From the sequence record PZ452581.1: 64,000 nucleotides of DNA; one strand, given 5' to 3'. The translations under genes were made by a program, and so were the position numbers. The stretch comes from a phage. The notes under the pieces are model-generated. The model worked only from the letters and a program-made list of their open reading frames with translations. It was not told where the DNA came from and ran no database searches. Of the stretch, positions 21,272-31,836 are shown in pieces; the stretch's first letter is position 1; each line of letters begins with the position of its first letter.

Positions 21272-22189
21272 TCAAAATTCATTAATGCTATTAGTTAATT
21301 TAGAAAGACCCGCTTTTACAAAATATGAATAAATTTTGCCACGCGGTGGTAATTTATATGAATTATAGTAATTCACAATGTTTGAAGCAATATTATCAGG
21401 AATATAATCAAAATCAATTAGAACTAAATTTTCTTTATAACGATTATATTCAGATTCTGTGAGAAGCACCTTAGCTTGCTCACGGTCATTAGCAATAGCT
21501 TCAACGATTGAAGTTTTCATTGAAGGAGTTCGTTCACCTTCAACTTTGGTAAACCAAAAGTCAGATCGTACTTTAACTGAAGCAACGTTATCCTTTTTAT
21601 CGCCTTTAAGGATTTTAGTCATACAGTCAATTTCAGCAGAACCGCTTTTAATTTTAACCCATTTCTTATGCATCGGTGACCATTGCTTAACATTTGGATA
21701 TTTGTGAAGTTGAGTAAAGTCACCATCCGATGAAATGATTAAAATCTTGTGTCCTTCTAAAGAGAACTTTTTAACAAGAACAGCAATGTGGTCATCTGCT
21801 TCATACTTATCAATATCCATAACAATGTATGGCATATAAGCTTTCAATTCATCTATAACTTTGTGGCTGGATTCAAAATAACCTTCCCAGTCCCAAGTCG
21901 ATTCTTCTCGTGCTTTTCCACGGTTTTTCTTATAATAATACGCGAAATCACGACGCCAGTATCCAGATTTCGCGTTATCAATACACAGTACAATTTTAGT
22001 GTATCCAAGCGTTTTTGCTTTTTTGACATTAAACTTAATTGAGTTCAATATCAAATGACGAACCATTGATAAATTAATTTTTTCTTTATCTGGGAAGTTT
22101 ACTAAAGCAGTTGAAAGCGCAATTTGACTAAAGTCAATTAAGCAGATTCCTTCTTTGTAATCTTCATCCAGCATCATTTCTAAATCCAT
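21272..22189 (-). CDS. rnh: RNase H (5'-3' exonuclease, FEN family)
   Basis: Internal ATG at 22189 gives 305 aa starting MDLEMMLDEDYKEG; track start at 22204 is a TTG. Confidence 0.9.
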   Translation of the reverse strand: MDLEMMLDEDYKEGICLIDFSQIALSTALVNFPDKEKINLSMVRHLILNSIKFNVKKAKTLGYTKIVLCIDNAKSGYWRRDFAYYYKKNRGKAREESTWDWEGYFESSHKVIDELKAYMPYIVMDIDKYEADDHIAVLVKKFSLEGHKILIISSDGDFTQLHKYPNVKQWSPMHKKWVKIKSGSAEIDCMTKILKGDKKDNVASVKVRSDFWFTKVEGERTPSMKTSIVEAIANDREQAKVLLTESEYNRYKENLVLIDFDYIPDNIASNIVNYYNSYKLPPRGKIYSYFVKAGLSKLTNSINEF

Positions 22190-22213
22190 ATGAACCTCGT
22201 TCAATTAGTGAGA

Positions 22214-22248
22214 TTTCTATTATATACCATCCGAATCTTAAAGTAAAC
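22214..22248 (-). promoter_or_regulatory. early promoter for rnh (GTTTAC ... TGGTATATAAT)
   Basis: Minus strand GTTTACTTTAAGATTCGGATGGTATATAATAG. Confidence 0.6.
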
Positions 22249-22251
22249 AAG

Positions 22252-22259
22252 TATAAATA
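22252..22259 (+). promoter_or_regulatory. late promoter TATAAATA for gene 34
   Basis: Exact TATAAATA 34 nt before the ATG at 22294; divergent from rnh promoter. Confidence 0.7.
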
Positions 22260-22293
22260 CTTATTATTGAAAACACAATAGGAGCCCGGGAGA

Positions 22294-25200
22294 ATGGCCG
22301 AGATTAAAAGAAAGTTCAGAGCAGAAGATGGTCTGGACGCAGGTGGTGATAAAATAATCAACGTAGCTTTAGCTGATCGTACCGTAGGAACTGACGGTGT
22401 TAACGTTGATTACCTAATTCAAGAAAACACAGTTCAACAATACGATCCAACTCGTGGATATTTAAAAGATTTTGTAATCATTTATGATAACCGCTTTTGG
22501 GCTGCTATAAATGATATTCCAAAACCGGCAGGAGCTTTTAATAGCGGGCGCTGGAGAGCATTACGTACTGATGCTAACTGGATTACAGTTTCATCTGGTT
22601 CATATCAATTAAAATCCGGTGAAGCTATTTCGGTTAACACTGCAGCTGGTAATGATATTACATTTACTTTACCATCTACTCCAATTGACGGTGATACTAT
22701 CGTTCTCCAAGACATTGGAGGAAAACCTGGAGTTAACCAAGTTTTAATTGTAGCTCCAGTACAAAGTATTGTAAACTTTAGAGGCGAACAAGTACGTTCA
22801 GTACTAATGACTCATCCAAAGTCACAGTTAGTTTTAATTTTTAGTAATCGTCTGTGGCAAATGTATGTAGCTGATTATAGTAGAGAAGCTGTAGTTGTAA
22901 CACCAGCGAATACTTATCAAGCGCAATCCAACGATTTTATCGTACGTAGATTTACTTCTGCTGCACCGATAAATATTAAACTTCCGAGATTTGCTAATCA
23001 TGGCGATATTATTAATTTCGTCGATTTGGATAAATTAAATCCGCTTTATCATACAATTGTTACAACATATGATGAAACCACTTCAGTACAAGAAGTTGGA
23101 ACTCATTCTATTGAAGGCCGTACATCTATTGACGGTTTCTTGATGTATGACGATAATGAGAAATTATGGAGATTATTTGACGGGGACAGTAAAGCACGTT
23201 TACGTATCATAACAACTAATTCAAACATTCGTCCAAATGAAGAAGTTATGGTATTTGGTGCGAATAATGGAACAACTCAAACAATTGAGCTTCAGCTTCC
23301 AACTAATATTTCTGTTGGTGATACTGTTAAAATTTCCATGAATTACATGAGAAAAGGACAAACAGTTAAAATCAAAGCTGCCGGTGAAGATAAAATTGCT
23401 TCTTCAGTTCAATTGCTGCAATTCCCAAAACGTTCAGAATATCCGCCTGAAACTAAATGGGTAACTGTTCAAGAATTAGTTTTTAACGGTGAAACTAATT
23501 ATGTTCCAGTTTTACAGCTTGCTTATATAGAAGATTCTGATGGAAAATACTGGGTTGTACAACAAAACGTTCCAACCGTAGAAAGAGTTGATTCTTTAAA
23601 TGATTCTACTAGAGCAAGATTAGGCGTAATTGCTTTAGCTACACAGGCTCAAGCTAACGTCGATTTAGAAAATTCTCCACAAAAAGAATTAGCAATTACT
23701 CCAGAAACATTAGCTAACCGTACTGCTACAGAAACTCGTAGAGGTATCGCAAGAATAGCAACTACTGCTCAAGTGAATCAGAACACCACATTCTCTTTTG
23801 CTGATGATATTATCATCACTCCTAAAAAGCTGAATGAAAGAACTGCTACAGAAACTCGCAGAGGTGTTGCAGAAATTGCTACTCAGCAAGAAACAAACGC
23901 AGGAACAGATGATACAACCATCATTACTCCTAAAAAGCTTCAAGCTCGTCAAGGTTCTGAATCATTATCTGGTATTGTAACTTTTGTATCTACTGCAGGT
24001 GCTACTCCAGCTTCTAGCCGTGAATTAAATGGTACGAATGTTTATAATAAAAACACTAATAATTTAGTTGTTTCGCCAAAAGCTTTGGATCAATATAAAG
24101 CTACTCCAACGCAACAAGGTGCAGTAATTTTAGCAGTTGAAAGTGAAGTAATTGCTGGACAAAGCCAAGAAGGATGGGCAAATGCGGTTGTAACGCCAGA
24201 AACGTTACATAAAAAGACATCAACTGATGCAAGAATTGGTTTAATTGAAATTGCTACGCAAAGTGAAGTTAATACAGGAACTGATTATACTCGTGCAGTC
24301 ACTCCTAAAACTTTAAATGACCGTAGAGCAACTGAAAGTTTAAGTGGTATAGCTGAAATTGCTACACAAGTTGAATTCGACGCAGGCGTCGACGATACTC
24401 GTATCTCTACACCATTAAAAATTAAAACCAGATTTAATAGTACTGATCGTACTTCTGTTGTTGCTCTATCTGGATTAGTTGAATCAGGAACTCTCTGGGA
24501 CCATTATACCCTTAATATTCTTGAAGCAAATGAGACGCAACGTGGTACACTTCGTGTAGCTACACAAGTTGAAGCTGCTGCAGGAACATTAGATAATGTT
24601 TTAATAACTCCTAAAAAGCTTTTAGGTACTAAATCTACCGAATCGCAAGAAGGTGTTATTAAAGTTGCAACTCAAGCTGAAACCGTAGCTGGAACATCAG
24701 CAAATACTGCTGTATCTCCAAAAAATTTAAAATGGATTGTGCAGAGTGAACCTACTTGGGCAGCTACTACTGCAATAAGAGGTTTTGTTAAAACTTCATC
24801 TGGTTCAATTACATTCGTTGGTAATGATACAGTCGGTTCTACCCAAGATTTAGAACTGTATGAGAAAAATAGCTATGCGGTATCACCATATGAATTAAAC
24901 CGTGTATTAGCAAATTATTTGCCATTAAAAGCAAAAGCTGCTGATACAAATTTATTGGATGGTCTAGATTCATCTCAGTTCATTCGTAGGGATATCGCAC
25001 AGACGGTTAATGGTTCACTAACCTTAACCCAACAAACGAATCTGAGTGCCCCTCTTGTATCATCTAGTACTGCTACGTTTGGTGGATCAGTTTCGGCAAA
25101 TAGTACATTAACTATTTCTAATACTGGAACGGCAACTCGTCTGATTTTTGAGAAAGGACCTCAAACTGGAACTAACCCAGCACAGACGATGACTATCAGA

Positions 25201-26163
25201 GTTTGGGGAAATCAGTTTGGTGGCGGATCAGATACAACGCGTTCTACTGTATTTGAAGTTGGTGATGAAACATCTAATCACTTTTATTCTCAACGTAATA
25301 AAGATGGGAATATAACGTTTAGCATTAATGGTACTGTGATGCCAATAAATGTTAACGCTTCAGGCACGTTAAATGCGAATGGCGTTGCAACATTCGGTCG
25401 TTCAGTTACAGCCAACGGTGAATTCATTAGCAAGTCTGCAAATGCTTTCAGAGCAATTAGTGGTGATTACGGATTCTTTATTCGCAATGATGCTGCTAAT
25501 ACCTATTTTATGCTCACTGCATCCGGTGATCAGACTGGCGGATTTAATGGATTACGTCCTTTGTCTATTAATAATGCATCTGGCCAAGTAACGATTGGTG
25601 AAAGCTTAATAATTGCCAAAGGTGCTACTATAAATTCAGGTGGTTTGACTGTTAACTCGAGAATTCGTTCTCAGGGTACTAAAACATCTGATTTATACAC
25701 CCGTGCACCAACATCTGATACTGTAGGATTCTGGTCAATTGATATTAACGATTCAGCCACTTATAACCAGTTCCCGGGTTATTTTAAAATGGTTGAAAAA
25801 ACTAATGAAGTGACTGGGCTTCCATACTTAGAACGTGGCGAAGAAGTTAAATCTCCTGGTACACTGACTCAGTTTGGTAACACACTTGATTCGCTTTACC
25901 AAGATTGGATTACTTATCCAACGACGCCGGAAGCGCGTACCACTCGCTGGACACGTACATGGCAGAAAACCAAAAACTCTTGGTCAAGTTTTGTTCAGGT
26001 ATTTGACGGAGGTAACCCTCCTCAGCCGTCTGATATCGGTGCTTTACCGTCTGATAATGCTACAATGGGAAATCTTACTATTCGTGATTTCTTACGAATT
26101 GGTAATGTTCGCATTATTCCTGACCCAGCGAATAAAACGGTTAAATTTGAATGGGTTGAATAA
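22294..26163 (+). CDS. 34: long tail fibre proximal subunit
   Basis: 1289 aa; internal repeats of TETxRGxxxIATQxE...TPKKL type; GGAG Shine-Dalgarno. Confidence 0.95.
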   Translation: MAEIKRKFRAEDGLDAGGDKIINVALADRTVGTDGVNVDYLIQENTVQQYDPTRGYLKDFVIIYDNRFWAAINDIPKPAGAFNSGRWRALRTDANWITVSSGSYQLKSGEAISVNTAAGNDITFTLPSTPIDGDTIVLQDIGGKPGVNQVLIVAPVQSIVNFRGEQVRSVLMTHPKSQLVLIFSNRLWQMYVADYSREAVVVTPANTYQAQSNDFIVRRFTSAAPINIKLPRFANHGDIINFVDLDKLNPLYHTIVTTYDETTSVQEVGTHSIEGRTSIDGFLMYDDNEKLWRLFDGDSKARLRIITTNSNIRPNEEVMVFGANNGTTQTIELQLPTNISVGDTVKISMNYMRKGQTVKIKAAGEDKIASSVQLLQFPKRSEYPPETKWVTVQELVFNGETNYVPVLQLAYIEDSDGKYWVVQQNVPTVERVDSLNDSTRARLGVIALATQAQANVDLENSPQKELAITPETLANRTATETRRGIARIATTAQVNQNTTFSFADDIIITPKKLNERTATETRRGVAEIATQQETNAGTDDTTIITPKKLQARQGSESLSGIVTFVSTAGATPASSRELNGTNVYNKNTNNLVVSPKALDQYKATPTQQGAVILAVESEVIAGQSQEGWANAVVTPETLHKKTSTDARIGLIEIATQSEVNTGTDYTRAVTPKTLNDRRATESLSGIAEIATQVEFDAGVDDTRISTPLKIKTRFNSTDRTSVVALSGLVESGTLWDHYTLNILEANETQRGTLRVATQVEAAAGTLDNVLITPKKLLGTKSTESQEGVIKVATQAETVAGTSANTAVSPKNLKWIVQSEPTWAATTAIRGFVKTSSGSITFVGNDTVGSTQDLELYEKNSYAVSPYELNRVLANYLPLKAKAADTNLLDGLDSSQFIRRDIAQTVNGSLTLTQQTNLSAPLVSSSTATFGGSVSANSTLTISNTGTATRLIFEKGPQTGTNPAQTMTIRVWGNQFGGGSDTTRSTVFEVGDETSNHFYSQRNKDGNITFSINGTVMPINVNASGTLNANGVATFGRSVTANGEFISKSANAFRAISGDYGFFIRNDAANTYFMLTASGDQTGGFNGLRPLSINNASGQVTIGESLIIAKGATINSGGLTVNSRIRSQGTKTSDLYTRAPTSDTVGFWSIDINDSATYNQFPGYFKMVEKTNEVTGLPYLERGEEVKSPGTLTQFGNTLDSLYQDWITYPTTPEARTTRWTRTWQKTKNSWSSFVQVFDGGNPPQPSDIGALPSDNATMGNLTIRDFLRIGNVRIIPDPANKTVKFEWVE

Positions 26164-26171
26164 GAGGTATT

Positions 26172-27287
26172 ATGGAAAAATTTATGGCAGAGTTTGGACA
26201 AGGATATGTCCAAACGCCATTTTTATCGGAAAGTAATTCAGTAAGATACAAAATAAGTATAGCGGGTTCTTGCCCGCTTTCTACTGCAGGACCATATGTT
26301 AAATTTCAAGATAATCCCGTAGGAAGTCAAACATTTAGCGCAGGCCTTCATTTAAGAGTTTTTGACCCTTCCACCGGAGCATTAGTTGATAGTAAGTCAT
26401 ATGCTTTTTCGACTTCAAATGATACTACATCAGCTGCTTTTGTTAGTTTCATGAATTCTTTGGCAAATAATAGAATTGTTGCTATATTAACTAGTGGAAA
26501 GGTTAATTTTCCTCCTGAAGTAGTATCTTGGTTAAGAACCGCAGGAACGTCTGCTTTTCCATCTGATTCTATATTGTCAAGATTCGACGTATCATATGCT
26601 GCTTTTTATACTTCTTCTAAAAGAGCTATCGCATTAGAGCATGTTAAACTGAGTAATAGAAAAAGCACAGATGATTATCAAACTATTTTAGATGTTGTAT
26701 TTGACAGTTTAGAAGATGTAGGAGCTACCGGGTTTCCAAGAAGAACGTATGAAAGCGTTGAGCAATTCATGTCAGCGGTTGGTGGAACTAATAACGAAAT
26801 TGCGCGTCTACCAACTTCAGCTGCTATAAGTAAATTATCTGATTATAATTTAATTCCCGGAGATGTTCTTTATCTTAAAGCTCAGTTATATGCTGATGCT
26901 GATTTACTTGCGCTTGGAACTACAAATATATCTATCCGTTTTTATAATGCATCTAATGGATATATTTCCTCGACACAAGCTGAGTTTACTGGACAGGCTG
27001 GGTCTTGGGAATTAAAGGAAGACTATGTAGTTGTTCCAGAAAATGCAGTTGGATTTACGATATATGCACAAAGAACTGCTCAAGCGGGACAAGGCGGTAT
27101 GCGAAATTTAAGCTTTTCTGAAGTATCAAGAAATGGCGGAATTTCAAAACCCGCTGAATTTGGCGTCAACGGCATTCGTGTTAATTATATCTGTGAATCT
27201 GCTTCACCTCCGGATATAATGGTACTTCCTACACAAGCATCGTCTAAAACTGGTAAAGTGTTTGGGCAAGAATTTAGAGAAGTATAA
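26172..27287 (+). CDS. 35: long tail fibre hinge connector
   Basis: 371 aa, directly downstream of 34 with AAGAGG Shine-Dalgarno. Confidence 0.9.
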   Translation: MEKFMAEFGQGYVQTPFLSESNSVRYKISIAGSCPLSTAGPYVKFQDNPVGSQTFSAGLHLRVFDPSTGALVDSKSYAFSTSNDTTSAAFVSFMNSLANNRIVAILTSGKVNFPPEVVSWLRTAGTSAFPSDSILSRFDVSYAAFYTSSKRAIALEHVKLSNRKSTDDYQTILDVVFDSLEDVGATGFPRRTYESVEQFMSAVGGTNNEIARLPTSAAISKLSDYNLIPGDVLYLKAQLYADADLLALGTTNISIRFYNASNGYISSTQAEFTGQAGSWELKEDYVVVPENAVGFTIYAQRTAQAGQGGMRNLSFSEVSRNGGISKPAEFGVNGIRVNYICESASPPDIMVLPTQASSKTGKVFGQEFREV

Positions 27288-27292
27288 ATTGA

Positions 27293-27315
27293 GGGAGCCT
27301 TCGGGTTCCCTTTTT
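27293..27315 (+). terminator. intrinsic terminator after gene 35
   Basis: GGGAGCC-UUCG-GGUUCCC hairpin followed by TTTTT. Confidence 0.65.
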
Positions 27316-27318
27316 CTT

Positions 27319-27326
27319 TATAAATA
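27319..27326 (+). promoter_or_regulatory. late promoter TATAAATA for gene 36
   Basis: Exact TATAAATA about 24 nt before the ATG at 27350. Confidence 0.7.
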
Positions 27327-27349
27327 CTATTAAAATAAAGGGGCATACA

Positions 27350-28015
27350 ATGGCTGATTTAAAAGTAGGTTCAACAACTGGAGGCTCTGTCATTTGGCAT
27401 CAAGGAAATTTTCCATTGAATCCGGCCGGTGACGATGTACTCTATAAATCATTTAAAATATATTCAGAATATAACAAACCACAAGCTGCAGATAACGATT
27501 TCGTTTCTAAAGCTAACGGTGGTACTTATGCATCAAAGGTAACATTTAATGCTGGTGTTCAAGTACCATATGCTATAAACAATACAAACCAAAGTGGTAT
27601 TTATCCTGGTAATGGAGATGCAGCTACTTTTGTTACAGCAAATATTGATATTGTTTCATGGTATGGCGTAGGATTTAAATCATCACAAGGATCTGCCGGT
27701 AGAACTGTAGTAATTAATACACGCAATGGTGATATTAGCACAAAAGGTGTTGTGTCGGCAGCTGGTCAAGTAAGAAGTGATGCGGCTGCTCCTATAGCAG
27801 CGAATGACCTTACTAGAAAGGACTATGTTGATGGAGCAATAAATACTGTTACAGCAAATGCAAACTCTAGAGTGTTACGATCTGGTGACACTATGACGGG
27901 AAACTTAACCGCACCAAACTTTTTCTCGCAGAATCCTGCATCTCAACCTTCACATGTTCCACGATTTGACCAAATCGTAATTAAGGATTCTGTTCAAGAT
28001 TTCGGCTATTATTAA
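27350..28015 (+). CDS. 36: long tail fibre distal connector
   Basis: 221 aa. Confidence 0.9.
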   Translation: MADLKVGSTTGGSVIWHQGNFPLNPAGDDVLYKSFKIYSEYNKPQAADNDFVSKANGGTYASKVTFNAGVQVPYAINNTNQSGIYPGNGDAATFVTANIDIVSWYGVGFKSSQGSAGRTVVINTRNGDISTKGVVSAAGQVRSDAAAPIAANDLTRKDYVDGAINTVTANANSRVLRSGDTMTGNLTAPNFFSQNPASQPSHVPRFDQIVIKDSVQDFGYY

Positions 28016-28023
28016 GAGGACTT

Positions 28024-31000
28024 ATGGCTACTTTAAAACAAATACAATTTAAAAGAAGCAAAACCGCAGGTGCACGTCCTGCTGCTTCAGTATTAGCCGA
28101 AGGTGAATTGGCTATAAATTTAAAAGATAGAACAATTTTTACTAAAGACGATTCAGGAAATATCATTGACTTAAGCATTTCCGCTGGCGGTAATATCAGT
28201 GGTAATATCACTCAAACTGGTGATTATACACAGACTGGAAAATTTAATTTAATTGGCCCGCAGATTATAGCAAGTGGTGGATATATTGAGTTTAATTATC
28301 GTACTACTGGAAGTGGGGCTTGGTCCGGTCAACACACTGCAAAGGCTCCAATTTTTGTAGATTTAAGCTCAGCTACTTCCACATCTGAATATAATCCTAT
28401 AATTAAACAGCGCTTTAAAGATGGAACTTTTTCATTAGGTACTTTAGTTTCTGAAGGTTCGTTGAAGATTCATTATATTGATGAAACTGGTCAATCTAAA
28501 TATTGGACATTTGCGCGCTCAGGTAATTTTCAAGTTGATTCTGGTAATTTATTAGTATCTGGTGGGTATTTAGTCGCTCAGAGTAATATTGAAACAAGAA
28601 CAGGTTCTTTGATTGGTCCATCTGTTGTAACTAAAAATATTTCATTTGATACGAAAGCGTTTGGACAATACGATTCGCAGTCATTAGTTCAATATGTTTA
28701 TCCTGGAACTGGTGAAACAAACGGAATTAATTACCTTCGTAAATTCCGTGCAAAATCTGGTGGTACGATTTATCATGAATTAGCTTCTGCACAAACCGGA
28801 AAAAGTGATGAACTGTCTTGGTGGACCGGTAATACAGCCGTTAATAAACAAATGGGCCTTCGCAATGATGGGTCTTTAGTGTTGCGACGCTCACTCGCAA
28901 TTGGTACAATTACAACAGATGAAAACATTAATAATTACGGCTCCACTGGAGCAATGGGTGAATGCTATATAGTCATTGGAGATGCCGCAACTGGTGTATC
29001 ATATAAAAGATCTGGTGTATATGATTTAGTTGCTAATGGTCTTTCTATCGCGTCTATTACTCCTGACAGTTTCCGTAGTACTCGTAAAGCATTATTTGGA
29101 CGTTCAGAAGACCAAGGCGGAACATGGAATATGCCTGGAACGAACGCCGCGTTTTTATCGGTTCAAACACAGGCTGATGAAAACACTGCTGGAGACGGTC
29201 AAACCCATATTGGATATAATTCTGGCGGAAAAATGAACCACTATTTCCGTGGTAAAGGAAAAACTAATATTAATACTCAAGAAGGCATGGAAGTTAACCC
29301 GGGTATTTTGAAATTGGTAACTGGCTCTAATAATGTAATGTTTTATGCTGATGGCGGTATTACATCTGTTAAGCAGCTTTCAATATATAACGGCATATAT
29401 TTAGCAGCTAATAATTCTACTGCTGGGCTAACATTCGCTCCAACTACTACAATTGATGGCACTAAGCAAATTTTGTGGGAAGGCGGTACTCGTGCTGGTC
29501 AGAATAAAAGCTATGTAACTGTTAAAGCATGGGGTAATTCATTTAACGCATCTGGCGATCGTAATCGTGAAACGGTTTTTGAAGTAGCTGATGGACAAGG
29601 ATATTATTTTTATTCACAGCGTGTGGCTCCAAGTGGCTCTGAAACTACTGGGCCTGTTGTAACCCAGTTCAATGGACAAGTTAATGCTAGAGGAAGTATT
29701 ATTACTGACGGAAGTTTTAAAGTTAATGGATTAAGCACTTTAGTCGGTAATGTTACCATGTCTAATGGTTTGTTTGTCCAAGGTGGTTCTTCTATTACTG
29801 GACAGGTAAAAATTGGTGGAACGGCTGATGCATTAAGAATTTGGAATGCTGAATACGGTGCTATTTTCCGTCGCTCAGAAAGTAATCTTTATATTATACC
29901 GACTCCTAAAGATGCTGGAGAATCGGGCGGTATAAGTAATCTTAGACCATTGATAATAGAACTGAACACTGGCACAGTTAAAATGTCGCATGATGTTCAT
30001 TTAGGAGATTCTGGATCTGGTACAGGACTTTTACAAGTAAGTAATAGTCTTAAAACTATTAAAATGATATGTCCAGTAACTATTAATGAACGCAATGCAG
30101 CGCTTACCCTGGATTCTCCTTCATCTTCTTCTGCTAATTATTTACAGGGTTCTAAAGCTGGAACTAGATCATGGTACGTTGGTCTTGGCGGCGCTGGAAA
30201 TGATTTATCTCTTTATAGCCAATCTTATGGACATGGTCTTGTTATAAGCGATAATTTCGTGTCAATCAGTAAACCTCTTAAAGTTGGAAATGCCCAACTA
30301 GGAACTGATGGTAATATTACTAGCGGTTCAGGAAACTTTGCCAACTTGAACACCACACTAAACCGTAAAGTTAATTCTGGATTTATTACTTATGGAGCAA
30401 CCGCTGGATGGTATAAGTTTGCAACAGTAACAATGCCACAATCCACTTCGACGGTCTTCTTTAAAATAGTTGGAGGTTCTGGATTTAATAGCGGATTATT
30501 CACACAATGTAATATTGCTGAAATTGTTTTACGTACTAGTAATGAAAGACCTGCTGACTTAAATGCTGCATTATACACAAGAACAATTGGAGCTGCATTT
30601 AAAGATATTGCAGTTAATAACGTCTCTGGAGATACATATGACATTTATGTTTCTGCTGGAACATATTGTAATCAATTAGCTTGTGAGTGGTCATGTACCG
30701 AAAATGCTACTGTTAGTGTTATTGGTATTAACTCATCTACACAATCACCTGTAGATGCTCTTCCAGATACAGCAGTTAATGGTCAAGTTGCTAATGTTCT
30801 TAATAACTTGGTTGATCGCGGTAAAGTTAAGCGTTATGAAGCCGATTCTGAACTAGCTATTAATAGCCCAACCGGTATTCGTATCAGAAGCAATGCCGAT
30901 AAAACTGGTTCTGTGGCTACAATGTTACGAAATGATGGCGGTAGTTTTTATATTCTGTTTACAGATAAAAATGCCACCGATGGCGCAGCAACTGTTAATG

Positions 31001-31806
31001 GTGATTGGAATAGTAAACGTCCTTTCGCAATTAACTTAACAACCGGCGAAGTGATGATGAATAACGGCATAGCTGTTCGCAGCGCTGCTTTATTCTATAA
31101 TAGCATAAACGTCAAAGATAATGGTTCTATTAACTTTGATAAATCAGGCGCTAACCCGAGAAATATGAGAATATTTCATGCTGGCGATGCTTCTCGCGGT
31201 AACCGTATTGAAATTGCCGATGAAACTAACTATATTGCTTACTTTGAAAAAACACCAGGTGGAGCTAATCGCTTTGTAGTAAATAATGCTACTGTAGCTG
31301 GTGTTAATCAAATGAATTCATTTGGTATTAACATCAATAACGCACTTGGTGGAAATAGTATAGCGTTTGGCGATAATGACACTGGTATTAAGCAAAATGG
31401 CGATGGATTATTAGACATATATGCGAATGGTGTACAGACTTTCCGTTTCCAAAACGGTGATTTGTACTCATACAAAAATATAAATGCTCCAAACGTTTAT
31501 ATTCGTTCTGATATTCGTTTAAAATCTAACTTCAAACCTATCGAAAATGCACTTGATAAAGTTGAAAAACTTAACGGTGTCATTTACGATAAAGCTGAAT
31601 ATATCGGTGGAGAGGCAATTGAAACTGAAGCGGGTATTGTGGCTCAAACGTTACAAGACGTTTTACCAGAAGCTGTCCGTGAAACAGAAGACAGTAAGGG
31701 TAATAAAATACTCACTGTTTCTTCTCAAGCCCAGATTGCTCTTCTGGTTGAAGCTGTGAAAACACTTTCTGCTCGTGTAAAAGAACTTGAATCTAAACTT
31801 ATGTAA
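28024..31806 (+). CDS. 37: long tail fibre distal subunit with C-terminal intramolecular-chaperone-like domain
   Basis: 1260 aa; C-terminus ...IRSDIRLKSNFKPIENALDKVEKLNGVIYD... resembles self-cleaving chaperone domains of fibre/endosialidase proteins. Confidence 0.9.
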   Translation: MATLKQIQFKRSKTAGARPAASVLAEGELAINLKDRTIFTKDDSGNIIDLSISAGGNISGNITQTGDYTQTGKFNLIGPQIIASGGYIEFNYRTTGSGAWSGQHTAKAPIFVDLSSATSTSEYNPIIKQRFKDGTFSLGTLVSEGSLKIHYIDETGQSKYWTFARSGNFQVDSGNLLVSGGYLVAQSNIETRTGSLIGPSVVTKNISFDTKAFGQYDSQSLVQYVYPGTGETNGINYLRKFRAKSGGTIYHELASAQTGKSDELSWWTGNTAVNKQMGLRNDGSLVLRRSLAIGTITTDENINNYGSTGAMGECYIVIGDAATGVSYKRSGVYDLVANGLSIASITPDSFRSTRKALFGRSEDQGGTWNMPGTNAAFLSVQTQADENTAGDGQTHIGYNSGGKMNHYFRGKGKTNINTQEGMEVNPGILKLVTGSNNVMFYADGGITSVKQLSIYNGIYLAANNSTAGLTFAPTTTIDGTKQILWEGGTRAGQNKSYVTVKAWGNSFNASGDRNRETVFEVADGQGYYFYSQRVAPSGSETTGPVVTQFNGQVNARGSIITDGSFKVNGLSTLVGNVTMSNGLFVQGGSSITGQVKIGGTADALRIWNAEYGAIFRRSESNLYIIPTPKDAGESGGISNLRPLIIELNTGTVKMSHDVHLGDSGSGTGLLQVSNSLKTIKMICPVTINERNAALTLDSPSSSSANYLQGSKAGTRSWYVGLGGAGNDLSLYSQSYGHGLVISDNFVSISKPLKVGNAQLGTDGNITSGSGNFANLNTTLNRKVNSGFITYGATAGWYKFATVTMPQSTSTVFFKIVGGSGFNSGLFTQCNIAEIVLRTSNERPADLNAALYTRTIGAAFKDIAVNNVSGDTYDIYVSAGTYCNQLACEWSCTENATVSVIGINSSTQSPVDALPDTAVNGQVANVLNNLVDRGKVKRYEADSELAINSPTGIRIRSNADKTGSVATMLRNDGGSFYILFTDKNATDGAATVNGDWNSKRPFAINLTTGEVMMNNGIAVRSAALFYNSINVKDNGSINFDKSGANPRNMRIFHAGDASRGNRIEIADETNYIAYFEKTPGGANRFVVNNATVAGVNQMNSFGININNALGGNSIAFGDNDTGIKQNGDGLLDIYANGVQTFRFQNGDLYSYKNINAPNVYIRSDIRLKSNFKPIENALDKVEKLNGVIYDKAEYIGGEAIETEAGIVAQTLQDVLPEAVRETEDSKGNKILTVSSQAQIALLVEAVKTLSARVKELESKLM

Positions 31807-31807
31807 A

Positions 31808-31835
31808 AGAGGGCTTCGGCCCTCTAAGGATTTTT
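31808..31835 (+). terminator. UUCG-loop hairpin with short U-run between genes 37 and 38 (weak terminator or attenuator)
   Basis: AGAGGGC-UUCG-GCCCUCU then AAGGAUUUUU immediately before the gene 38 ATG. Confidence 0.5.
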
Positions 31836-31836
31836 A